Shown here: piece by piece, positions 15,108 to 22,928 of the stretch | Position numbering within the stretch: position 1 is the first letter of the stretch | Layout: the number at the start of each line of letters is the position of its first letter | DNA from: Candidatus Saccharimonadota bacterium | GTDB lineage: Bacteria; Patescibacteriota; Microgenomatia; UBA1406; GWC2-37-13 | Reading direction: 5' to 3' | Assembly: GCA_016700135.1 (NCBI GenBank) | Contig: CP065004.1 | Coordinates: forward strand, 900,001-932,000 | Length of the DNA stretch: 32,000 bases | Program-made: the position numbers and the translations under genes | The notes under the pieces: generated by a model | Database searches by the model: none | The model's input: only the letters and a program-made list of their open reading frames with translations | Told to the model about the DNA's origin: nothing

Positions 15108-16798
15108 TTTTGTTTTGATCGTTCAACTTCTACTAATGTATCAATAGCCGTGCCGTAGAACGTATCTTTACACAATGTATCATAATATCCCTTGAGTTGT
15201 GCAGTCATTGCATCGCGCAAATTCGCGTTACCGTTCCTGAGCACCAGAGCCTGCTGATATGCATTGACAAATGCATTGATAAAGCCGTCAGGGCGGTTCA
15301 TATCGGAAATGACATGCGTATTCTCAAGACCTTGTTCGGTCGCTTTTTCGGCAAAACCGACGCGATCGGAGACCACAGTCAACCCCGGAGTTCCCATACC
15401 GAAAGTTTTCGTGAGAACGCCTTCCTGGATAGTTTGGCAAAGTCCTTCCTGTCCGACTTGGAATGTGATATCCGAGAAGGGATACACTTCAGTTTTCAAT
15501 TTGTCGTGTTGATAACCGCTCAAGTTTCCCGCTGCATCGCGGTGTACGAGAATAAAATCATCTTCAGTCTGCATCACTTCTCTAAATAATGCATTTACTC
15601 TGTCGAGTCGTGCAGAAATACCGCCTGTGTATGCATCGTAAATGCTTTTTGATTTCCATCCTTCAGGAAATCGTGCCGGCCGGCCGATCCACCCGATGCG
15701 GAGATTTTCCAATACTTCTCTCCCCTGCTCATGTCCGGCAAGTTCACGGATCATTGCTTCAAAATGAGAAAGAGCCGTATAGTCATCTTTTATCGGATCA
15801 AGCCGTTCCACAACCTGTGCGATCACTTTTCCGTCATGAACTGCTTTTTCCAAAAAAGGAGCCGGAGTTTTTCCGAGCTCTTCAGTCGGTCGGAATTCAA
15901 TAAAGCTCGGAGGCATGAGATATCGTTTATACATTACGGCCCGTCGATCTTCTGGGATATATAAGTGGTCTGCAATCTCCAGAATATTTCGTATATCACG
16001 ATCAGTATGAAGACCCAGGACGGAGTTTCCCGTCAGCATGTTACCGAAGAGTCTGAACTGATATTCCTGTAATTTCGGGTGCATTCCCTGTATCGCTTTC
16101 AATGAAGGGACGATTCCGTGATTGTCCCCGATGTCTGCAAGCACCATGTTCCCTTTCAAATCACGATGGACGTTTGCAGGAGGCCAATCATCGCGTACCA
16201 GCAAATCCTGAGGTTTAATATTATTTATAAGCCATGATCCGACAGCCGCATCAACAAATGCGGCAGCCTCCAAATCAGTTTCATCGACCTGTGCTGCCAG
16301 AAATTCATCAGGATCAGTGATGCCCATATGACGAAGAGATGATCGTGTGGCTTCATCATGAGAATTGAGATAGGCCATAATATGGACCGTGTCTCCGTGA
16401 CGTTTCATAAGTTCTTCGGTCGTCATTCCGGCAAGAAGCGGATGAGCTTCTTTTGATTGAGTAAAGCCGGGAGTCCGTTCCAGTACTCTATTTAAAGTGA
16501 TATTCATGGCCTGTCTTTCGGCAGTATATTCTTCAGCCTGTGCAGAAGGATCGGAATGATCCGCCATACTGACAGCAACATTCGGCATATCCAAAGCGGA
16601 CGCTTTCGCAAATGCAGCAAACAAAGGATCAATACCCGGACGGGTTGCTCCTTCTTTCGGTGCGCTGTGTGACAAATGGAACAGTTTCACAGGAAGAGGC
16701 ATACCGACATCAGGGTTTCTGATGCTATGTAATTGCTCAATTCCGGATTTTATGTCATGCAAAGTTGTTGGGGCACGATAGCCGATGTGTTCTGTCAT
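15104..16798 (-). CDS. hypothetical 564-aa protein, possibly a GT-B fold (GT20/OtsA-like C-terminus) glycosyltransferase
   Basis: Long ORF whose stop overlaps the trehalase start (ATGA at 15107-15104). The C-terminus QVGQEGLCQTIQEGV...GTPGLTVVSDRVGFAEKA...THVISDMNRPDGFINAFVNA loosely parallels OtsA (RDGMNLVAKEYV...GVLVLSxFAGAA...VNPxD...). The rest is unrecognisable. Confidence 0.35.
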   Translation of the reverse strand: MTEHIGYRAPTTLHDIKSGIEQLHSIRNPDVGMPLPVKLFHLSHSAPKEGATRPGIDPLFAAFAKASALDMPNVAVSMADHSDPSAQAEEYTAERQAMNITLNRVLERTPGFTQSKEAHPLLAGMTTEELMKRHGDTVHIMAYLNSHDEATRSSLRHMGITDPDEFLAAQVDETDLEAAAFVDAAVGSWLINNIKPQDLLVRDDWPPANVHRDLKGNMVLADIGDNHGIVPSLKAIQGMHPKLQEYQFRLFGNMLTGNSVLGLHTDRDIRNILEIADHLYIPEDRRAVMYKRYLMPPSFIEFRPTEELGKTPAPFLEKAVHDGKVIAQVVERLDPIKDDYTALSHFEAMIRELAGHEQGREVLENLRIGWIGRPARFPEGWKSKSIYDAYTGGISARLDRVNALFREVMQTEDDFILVHRDAAGNLSGYQHDKLKTEVYPFSDITFQVGQEGLCQTIQEGVLTKTFGMGTPGLTVVSDRVGFAEKATEQGLENTHVISDMNRPDGFINAFVNAYQQALVLRNGNANLRDAMTAQLKGYYDTLCKDTFYGTAIDTLVEVERSKQK

Positions 16799-16817
16799 AG
16801 AGAAAATAAATTAGTAT

Positions 16818-18080
16818 TTATGAGATTTTGAAGGGATTGCTCATATTCTCAGCATTCTCAATCATGGTCAAGACCAGGACGTTCCAGCTGACGAAATTCG
16901 GTGCAGCCAGAGGCTCCCCGGTTTCTGCATCATAGTTCTCATGCATTCCGCCTGATTTGTCGATATCTGATAACACGAGTTTTGATATTCGTTTTGCAAG
17001 CTCCAAAGCTTCTTCCTGATGACCGTAATTGATGAGGCCGAACATATAAATATTGTTTGCGATCGGCCAGACCGGTCCCTGCCAGTTGGAGTGAGGCTTG
17101 AGCATATTTACATTGTTGTAATGAGTGTCAGCTTTTGAGAGAGTTCGTGCTCCGTATTTGGAGAGCATGTGTTTCGCGTTCATCAGATATCTGCTGATCA
17201 TGGCATCTGCCTGTTTTTGGGATGTGATACCGGCAAACATCGGATGGAACGATGAAAAACTAATATGTTTGATCTGTTCTCCCGTTTTTGTATTCAGACT
17301 GTAGTAGATCTCATCCTCTTTGTTCCAGAGATATTTTTCAATGCTTTTTTTGAGTGTTTTTGCTTTTTCCGCAAATATCTCAGCATCTTTCTTCTTGCCG
17401 ATCTTTTTTGCGATAAGACTCATTGCCTTATATTCAAGGTAGGTATACGAATTGACGTCCGGGAAAGCGATTGTGCCTTTCGGATAGTCTTTAACGTCTT
17501 CTTTTATAAATCCTCCCCGTTCTTTTCTCAAAGCATCATATTTTGTACCGAGCTCCTTTTCCATGCCTTTGAGACTCTCTGCCCGGTGTCCTGCCACATT
17601 GTTGTCAGCACCTGATTCCATACTGTCATGCCACATCGCCAGTCCTCTTTTTTTATCCCAAAGGTGTTTTTCCCGGTACATGACGACTTTTTTCATGGCA
17701 GACCAGTTCGGTTTCAGCCATGAGAAATCTCCGAGATTTTTTGCGGCGATATATGCACCTTGTGCCAAAAACGGTTTCATATGATTCAAACGCGGATCAT
17801 CCCCGTCTTTGGTGATACATCCTGCGACTTTTCCGTCTTTGTGTGCGTTCAGAATATAATTCAAGGCCCAGTTTTTCAGGTAAATTGCTTCGGACGGAAT
17901 CTCGGATGTGAGAGCTACACCCATGAAGAAGGCGTCCCAGTCCCACTGTTCTTCATAAACGCCTCCGGGGACAAGATAATCATATTTCAGAGCACCGTTG
18001 GCACGGCGTTTAATGGCACCTTTTGTGTATGCCATGTTCTTTTTGACGTCAAGTTTGAGTTGGGATAGATCTTGTTTCAT
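16818..18080 (-). CDS. GH63-like glycoside hydrolase (mannosylglycerate/glucosylglycerate hydrolase-like)
   Basis: YEEQWDWDAFFMG, NWQGPVWPIANNIYMFGL and HENYDAETGEPLAAPNFVSWN match GH63/MGH-type motifs. Start moved from 18167 to the ATG at 18080 (MKQDLSQL) to avoid overlapping the upstream gene, whose stop is at 18109. Confidence 0.6.
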   Translation of the reverse strand: MKQDLSQLKLDVKKNMAYTKGAIKRRANGALKYDYLVPGGVYEEQWDWDAFFMGVALTSEIPSEAIYLKNWALNYILNAHKDGKVAGCITKDGDDPRLNHMKPFLAQGAYIAAKNLGDFSWLKPNWSAMKKVVMYREKHLWDKKRGLAMWHDSMESGADNNVAGHRAESLKGMEKELGTKYDALRKERGGFIKEDVKDYPKGTIAFPDVNSYTYLEYKAMSLIAKKIGKKKDAEIFAEKAKTLKKSIEKYLWNKEDEIYYSLNTKTGEQIKHISFSSFHPMFAGITSQKQADAMISRYLMNAKHMLSKYGARTLSKADTHYNNVNMLKPHSNWQGPVWPIANNIYMFGLINYGHQEEALELAKRISKLVLSDIDKSGGMHENYDAETGEPLAAPNFVSWNVLVLTMIENAENMSNPFKIS

Positions 18081-18108
18081 ATATTGGATAGTATAAGCAA
18101 AAATTAGT

Positions 18109-19551
18109 TTAGTTTCTTTGCATAAGTTCCTGACGGAGACCTTCGATGTCGAATACACCAAGCTCAATAAGCTGATTGATACTCGGCATCATGACTCCGC
18201 GAGCGACGCGTTGAAGAGTATTCGGCTGATTTACTATTTCACCTTTTGTCATGACATTATCTCCGAAATTTCCGTAGTCTTTGTTGTAGCGTGCAACATC
18301 TTCTACACCCCATTGATGAGGCATTCTTCCCGTGTCTTCAAACATTTCATAGTAAGTTCTGAGTGACTTTTCACAACCGTAAATCATTCCCCATTCACGC
18401 GGGTCCGTACTGACACGATTTTCTTCTTTTTGAGTCGGGTTAGCGACCTGCATCAAACGCTGTTCACCCGCTTCGGCATTCAAGCCGGCAAGAGTGAAGT
18501 CTATCATCGTTTCGATATTCATATCGACAGGCCATGGCATATTCGCAATAACATCACCTTTGACGATGCGTTCTCCGGTAAGAGGCCACATAATCGGCGC
18601 AAAATTGTGTGCGATCCTTCTTACTTCCGCAGATTTGCGTTTACTTAGGTTATGCATATTTTCTCCCTGCAGTGATTCGTTATTTCTTCCTGCACCGGTT
18701 CGTCCGATATACACTCCGTTCATCTCCCCGACAGGGAATGCAAACGGTATACCAAGGTAATCAAGTGCGGCATATTCATCAGGGTTTACGATATCCGTAT
18801 CATGATATGCGACATATCCTCCCAGTTTTCCTTGGGCAGCAAGCGCAAGGTTTCCCGCAAACATAGTCAGACCTTTTGATCCTTTGAGTTTGTCGATCTG
18901 GGGAATCACTCCAATATCCATAAGTTTTTGAAGATCCACGTATTTGAGGATATTCTGTTGATTCAATACATTGGCACCTGTTTCTCTTGCGAGTTCTCCT
19001 GACTCGGCATGGATGCCTGCATCTACAGGATGCACTCTGTCCATTCCGACGCGTGATGACAAGTATCCTATCACTCCCTGAATAGATTCCGGTTCTTCAG
19101 CAAACGGAGCGATTACTTCAATAGGTGCGGTTCGGAGCGCTTCAAGTGAAGCCTGACGGATGGCCGCGGCTTCCGGGTCCTCGATTGCGACATTGTATCC
19201 TTTGCCGTCTTCTCCGACAGGAGTATTGTATACACCCGTTCTCATAATAAGTTCTGCTACTTCTTCTTCGAATCGGGAAAACTTCCCGTTGTATGACAGT
19301 CTCTCACCGTTCCCGACATTAGTATCAACAAGAGCCGTATCATCAGTCACTTCTCCCGGAAACATGAATTGCTGAATGGCAACACCATGCACACGCGGGT
19401 CATACTGTGTGGGTACGAAATTCGGGTGGCGTTCCAAAAAAGCCTCTACATCAAGAGGCTGGGGAACTTCATATTCAGGATGATATCCGTTATGGTTTCC
19501 GTTGGTTCCCGCAGTTATTTCCTGGGGAGTTATTGTTCTGATTTCTGTCAT
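18109..19551 (-). CDS. GT-A fold glycosyltransferase, GpgS/MpgS (GT81/GT55)-like
   Basis: KLKGSKGLTMFAGNLALAAQGKLGGYVAYHDTDIVNPDEY fits the GKGxAM...(f)xDxD arrangement of glucosyl-/mannosyl-3-phosphoglycerate synthases. At 480 aa it is longer than typical GpgS. Assigned from one motif only. Confidence 0.35.
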   Translation of the reverse strand: MTEIRTITPQEITAGTNGNHNGYHPEYEVPQPLDVEAFLERHPNFVPTQYDPRVHGVAIQQFMFPGEVTDDTALVDTNVGNGERLSYNGKFSRFEEEVAELIMRTGVYNTPVGEDGKGYNVAIEDPEAAAIRQASLEALRTAPIEVIAPFAEEPESIQGVIGYLSSRVGMDRVHPVDAGIHAESGELARETGANVLNQQNILKYVDLQKLMDIGVIPQIDKLKGSKGLTMFAGNLALAAQGKLGGYVAYHDTDIVNPDEYAALDYLGIPFAFPVGEMNGVYIGRTGAGRNNESLQGENMHNLSKRKSAEVRRIAHNFAPIMWPLTGERIVKGDVIANMPWPVDMNIETMIDFTLAGLNAEAGEQRLMQVANPTQKEENRVSTDPREWGMIYGCEKSLRTYYEMFEDTGRMPHQWGVEDVARYNKDYGNFGDNVMTKGEIVNQPNTLQRVARGVMMPSINQLIELGVFDIEGLRQELMQRN

Positions 19552-19574
19552 ATGTTATATGAAATAACAACAAA

Positions 19575-19598
19575 TTTCATACACTATCATACACTTTT
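19575..19598. promoter_or_regulatory. degenerate relative of the 19-mer motif (TTTCATACACTATCATACACTTTT)
   Basis: Lies 24 nt from the start codon (19551) of the GT-A operon. Shares TTTCATA..TATCATAC..TTT with 8830-8848 and 19824-19842. Confidence 0.25.
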
Positions 19599-19823
19599 AG
19601 TACTCATATGTCAATCGGAAATTGCTGTTTTTAAATGAGCTTAAAAATAAGCAAAGAGCTTTTGTGACAGTCTAAATTATCAATTGTAAGAAAAAAATAG
19701 CCTCAAAATAAGATATCTTATAGTATTTTTTTGTAAATTATCCTTTTCTATCAATACTTACTGCCTGCTTCTCATCCCTCCTACTTTGACAGGATAAAAA
19801 AATACACTATTCACAAATGTTAT

Positions 19824-19842
19824 TTCATATAGTATCATACTT
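19824..19842. promoter_or_regulatory. candidate operator/promoter motif TTCATATAGTATCATACTT (copy 2)
   Basis: Exact 19-nt match to 8830-8848. Lies 24 nt upstream of the UDP-sugar pyrophosphorylase ATG (19867). Contains a TATAGT -10-like hexamer and the palindrome AGTATCATACT. Confidence 0.35.
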
Positions 19843-19866
19843 TCAATCTTAAGTTTTTTATATCTT

Positions 19867-21627
19867 ATGTCAACAGCACTTCAGGAGCAGGATATTCAAA
19901 TCACATCGGAATTGGCCTCTCATGACAGAGCATATTTCAACGGTCTCGATGTCCAGAGAAGGGATCATCAGCACAAGCACGTGAAAATAGGAGAGAACTT
20001 CATCCCCTCTTCTCTTATGACCGAATCCGAGCGTGCACAAGTACTTGGGGTGGTCCCGTATGAGCTATTAAAAGGACAGGATTACTATCTGCATGCGGCT
20101 CAGGGCGTGCATGTCCGTTTTCATCCGATGGATGCAGGCTTAGGGTCAAGCGTCATTCGTGATGATTATCTGCAGGAGATGTCAGATGTTGTTGACAGAA
20201 AAGCTCTTCACGGGAAAAAAGGATCAAAATCTACTGATTTGTATCTTCCCTATATGCAAGCCGATGGCAGTATAGGATATATGAGTATTGCTGAAGTGAA
20301 AATCAATCGCATTATTGCGGAAGCCGGTCGTTATGGAGGAATTTCTTTGACACCGATTGTCAATGACGACAGTCACCCAGCCATGGCTGCAGTATATGAT
20401 CAGTACGAACCGTATTTTCAGGAGCACAACATCCTGAATGGCCGCTGGCTCAAGCAGGGAGATCTGCCTTCATGGGATGTGGCAGCAGGACGGTTTTCAA
20501 CGGAACATGTTGCTCCCGGAGGGCACGGGCAGGCAGGTGTCATGCTGTTGCATGAAATTATGTCTGCAGAAGATCAGGGAGTACCGACTGTTCGGTCAAT
20601 CTTCAACGGTGACGGACCGAATAATTTCGTCACTCCGGAAATGGTTGCGTATACCTCAGAGGAAGCCGGTATTGTCATGATTACCACAACGAGGACACCT
20701 GCTGACGTGAAAGGCGGTATTATCGGCGGAAAAGTTCATGGAGACGGATCAATGACTCCTGATATCTGCGAGCTGGCCCAGGCAAAGAAAGCCGGTCAGA
20801 CAGATCTCTTTATGCAGCTGGGTCTTGCACAGGACATCCAAGGTGAAACTATTCCTTCGGATAGGACCCATGCCTCAGGTGAACAATATTTCAATACCAA
20901 TACGGCACTCATGAACGAAACGGTCCTTCGGCCGTTCCTTCATGCATTGCGTGATCAAATGACTGCGGAAGCGTTTGATGCTTTACTCACTCCCGAACTT
21001 ATGCTGAATACAAAGGAAAAAAACGGCAAAAAGTTTGATCAACTGGAGGGTGCGCTCGGTTCTCTTATCCTGAGACTGAATGAAGCCGTTCAGAATAATG
21101 AGTTTATCGGAGGCATTTGGCAGGAAGTATCGGGAGGAAAAGCATTCCTTAAAATTATCAACACTAATCCTCAGGATCGTGATGAGACATTCACGCCGAA
21201 TAAATTCCCGGTCGATTTCTTGGTGCAAAGCAGCTCGGATCATTTCCTGTTAAACACTGATACGTGGATGCTTGAGAATCGGCGGCCGGGTCACATTCCC
21301 CGAATGGAAGGAGATCTTGTACAGAAAGGATACTATGCTGATGTTCAAAACGTACGCAGGACATTCGGACGGGCTGCTATTCGCGGATTAGATATGCTTC
21401 ACATGGAAGGGGCGTTTATTTGTCCGGATGCTGTGTGGCGTGGGAATGTGAGATTGAAATCCCATCTGAATACGCCTGTTGAACTCACTGGAGCCGATTT
21501 CAAAAATTTCCTAGGACAAAACGGTGATGAACCTCTGGTTCTGGAAAATATAGATCTTGAGGTGTTCGAAAACGGAAGGGTTTTGATGCGAAATCGGCAA
21601 AAACAGGCAGGGCAAAAGCAGGATTAA
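19867..21627 (+). CDS. UDPGP-family (eukaryote-type) UTP-sugar-1-phosphate uridylyltransferase
   Basis: HPMDAGLGSSV (cf. KLNGGLGTxMG), APGGHGQAG (cf. PxGHGD), FNGDGPNN (cf. NxDNL), DVKGGIIGG, YFNTNTALMN (cf. FNTNN) and QLEGALGS (cf. QLETAxG). 586 aa, with an N-terminal extension. Confidence 0.65.
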   Translation: MSTALQEQDIQITSELASHDRAYFNGLDVQRRDHQHKHVKIGENFIPSSLMTESERAQVLGVVPYELLKGQDYYLHAAQGVHVRFHPMDAGLGSSVIRDDYLQEMSDVVDRKALHGKKGSKSTDLYLPYMQADGSIGYMSIAEVKINRIIAEAGRYGGISLTPIVNDDSHPAMAAVYDQYEPYFQEHNILNGRWLKQGDLPSWDVAAGRFSTEHVAPGGHGQAGVMLLHEIMSAEDQGVPTVRSIFNGDGPNNFVTPEMVAYTSEEAGIVMITTTRTPADVKGGIIGGKVHGDGSMTPDICELAQAKKAGQTDLFMQLGLAQDIQGETIPSDRTHASGEQYFNTNTALMNETVLRPFLHALRDQMTAEAFDALLTPELMLNTKEKNGKKFDQLEGALGSLILRLNEAVQNNEFIGGIWQEVSGGKAFLKIINTNPQDRDETFTPNKFPVDFLVQSSSDHFLLNTDTWMLENRRPGHIPRMEGDLVQKGYYADVQNVRRTFGRAAIRGLDMLHMEGAFICPDAVWRGNVRLKSHLNTPVELTGADFKNFLGQNGDEPLVLENIDLEVFENGRVLMRNRQKQAGQKQD

Positions 21628-21629
21628 CT

Positions 21630-21638
21630 TGCTATAAT
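21630..21638 (+). promoter_or_regulatory. extended -10 promoter element TGcTATAAT upstream of gmd
   Basis: TGCTATAAT at 21630-21638, immediately after the upstream stop codon (21625-21627) and 28 nt before the gmd ATG. No convincing -35 element. Confidence 0.35.
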
Positions 21639-21666
21639 AGTTTCATTATTGAATTTACAAAGTTAT

Positions 21667-22656
21667 ATGGCAAAATCAGCACTTATTACAGGAATACTTG
21701 GACAGGACGGTCCGTACTTAGCAAAATTATTGCTTGAAAAAGGGTACAAAGTATACGGTCTTATCAGACGGTACTCCAATCCTTCATTCGAGAATCTTGA
21801 CTACGTCGGCGTCACCAAAGATGTCAATTTTGTCGAGGGTGATCTGACTGATGAATCATCCCTTATCAATGTCATAAAAAATATCCGTCCTGACGAGGTG
21901 TACAACCTTGCGGCTCAGTCATTTGTCGGTTCTTCATGGGAGCAGGCCAAGCTCACAACAGAAGTCAATGCAATCGGAGTTCTGTATCTGTTGAATGCTC
22001 TCAAATTTTTCTCTCCGACTGCCCGATTTTATCAGGCTTCAACGTCCGAAATGTTCGGATTATCAAATGATGACGGCTTTCAGGGAGAAGAGACCCAGTT
22101 TCATCCCCGCAGTCCGTACGGCGTATCAAAGGTATACGCTTATTGGATGACCGTGAACTTCCGTGAGTCATACAATATGTTTACCTGCAACGGTATACTC
22201 TTTAATCATGAATCTCCGATTCGGGGTATTCAATTCGTCACGAGAAAAATCACTGACGGCGTCGCTCAGATCAAGCTCGGTCTTGCTGATGAGCTCAGAC
22301 TCGGAAATATGGATTCCAGCCGTGACTGGGGTTTTGCCGGAGATTATGTCGAGGCTATGCATCTCATGCTCCAGCAGGAAACACCGGATGATTATGTCGT
22401 TGCAACAGGAAATACTCACACCGTTCGTGAATTTGTCGAAGCCGCTTTCAAATCAGCAGGTATTGAGAATTGGGAGCAATATGTAAAAACTGATCCCCGT
22501 TTCCAGAGACCGGCCGAAGTACCGCATCTTCGCGGAAAAGTTGACAAAGCCAAAAACAAGCTCGGTTGGGAACCCAAAGTCTCATTTGAGGGACTGGTTG
22601 ATATGATGGTGAAAGCCGATATCCAACGGTACGAGAAGAAGATCGCACAGAAATAA
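21667..22656 (+). CDS. gmd: GDP-mannose 4,6-dehydratase
   Basis: ALITGILGQDGPYLAKLLLEKGYKVYGLIRR, FYQASTSEMFG, PRSPYGVSKVYAYWMTVNFRESYNMFTCNGILFNHESPIRG and RDWGFAGDYVEAM are near-canonical Gmd motifs. Start set to the ATG at 21667 rather than the TTG at 21649. Confidence 0.9.
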   Translation: MAKSALITGILGQDGPYLAKLLLEKGYKVYGLIRRYSNPSFENLDYVGVTKDVNFVEGDLTDESSLINVIKNIRPDEVYNLAAQSFVGSSWEQAKLTTEVNAIGVLYLLNALKFFSPTARFYQASTSEMFGLSNDDGFQGEETQFHPRSPYGVSKVYAYWMTVNFRESYNMFTCNGILFNHESPIRGIQFVTRKITDGVAQIKLGLADELRLGNMDSSRDWGFAGDYVEAMHLMLQQETPDDYVVATGNTHTVREFVEAAFKSAGIENWEQYVKTDPRFQRPAEVPHLRGKVDKAKNKLGWEPKVSFEGLVDMMVKADIQRYEKKIAQK

Positions 22657-22659
22657 CAA

Positions 22660-22881
22660 TTATTCCTGAGGCGGTTTATCGGGATTTTGATGTCTTAGGA
22701 CGAGCTGATCCATAAAATTCTCTCTTGCCTCTTCAGGCATTGCGGTAATGCTTGTGATGACATCAGATAGTGTGGCATTTTTGCCATAGAACCACAGAAT
22801 TGCATTGAGTTGCTCCAGGGTCAAAAAGATGTCTCCGCTAACATGGACCTCTCCGATAGGCGGTTTTTTTTCCGTTTCCAT
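22660..22881 (-). CDS. small hypothetical protein (73 aa)
   Basis: ORF convergent with gmd, with stops 3 nt apart. No motif recognised. Coding status uncertain. Confidence 0.3.
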   Translation of the reverse strand: METEKKPPIGEVHVSGDIFLTLEQLNAILWFYGKNATLSDVITSITAMPEEARENFMDQLVLRHQNPDKPPQE

Positions 22882-22928
22882 CTGGATATTATACCTAATG
22901 ACCTGTAAATAAGGGTAAATTTCCGATT

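Noticed and set aside
16427-16450. GTCATTCCGGCAAGAAGCGGATGAG inside the 564-aa gene (and GTCATTCCGTGTTCAGG at 5297-5313 in nagB) resembling the left terminus of the palindromic element.
   Set aside because: There is no complementary arm, loop motif or inverted partner. The stretches encode well-embedded peptide (…LLAGMTTEE…, …EHGMTMG…), so they are most likely chance matches to the GTCATTCC octamer.
19552-19866. Hidden small gene or ncRNA in the 315-nt AT-rich divergent intergenic region, suggested by local features such as the AAGATATCTT palindrome, the AGCTT...AGCTT direct repeat and a TTGACA at 19786-19791.
   Set aside because: The supplied ORF track lists only one ORF touching this region (19369-19638, +), most of which lies antisense within the GT-A gene, and I saw no extended helices. 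TTGACA lacks a convincing -10 at 16-18 nt (TATTCA/ATTCAC). I treated the region as promoter/regulatory DNA containing the 19-mer motif copies.
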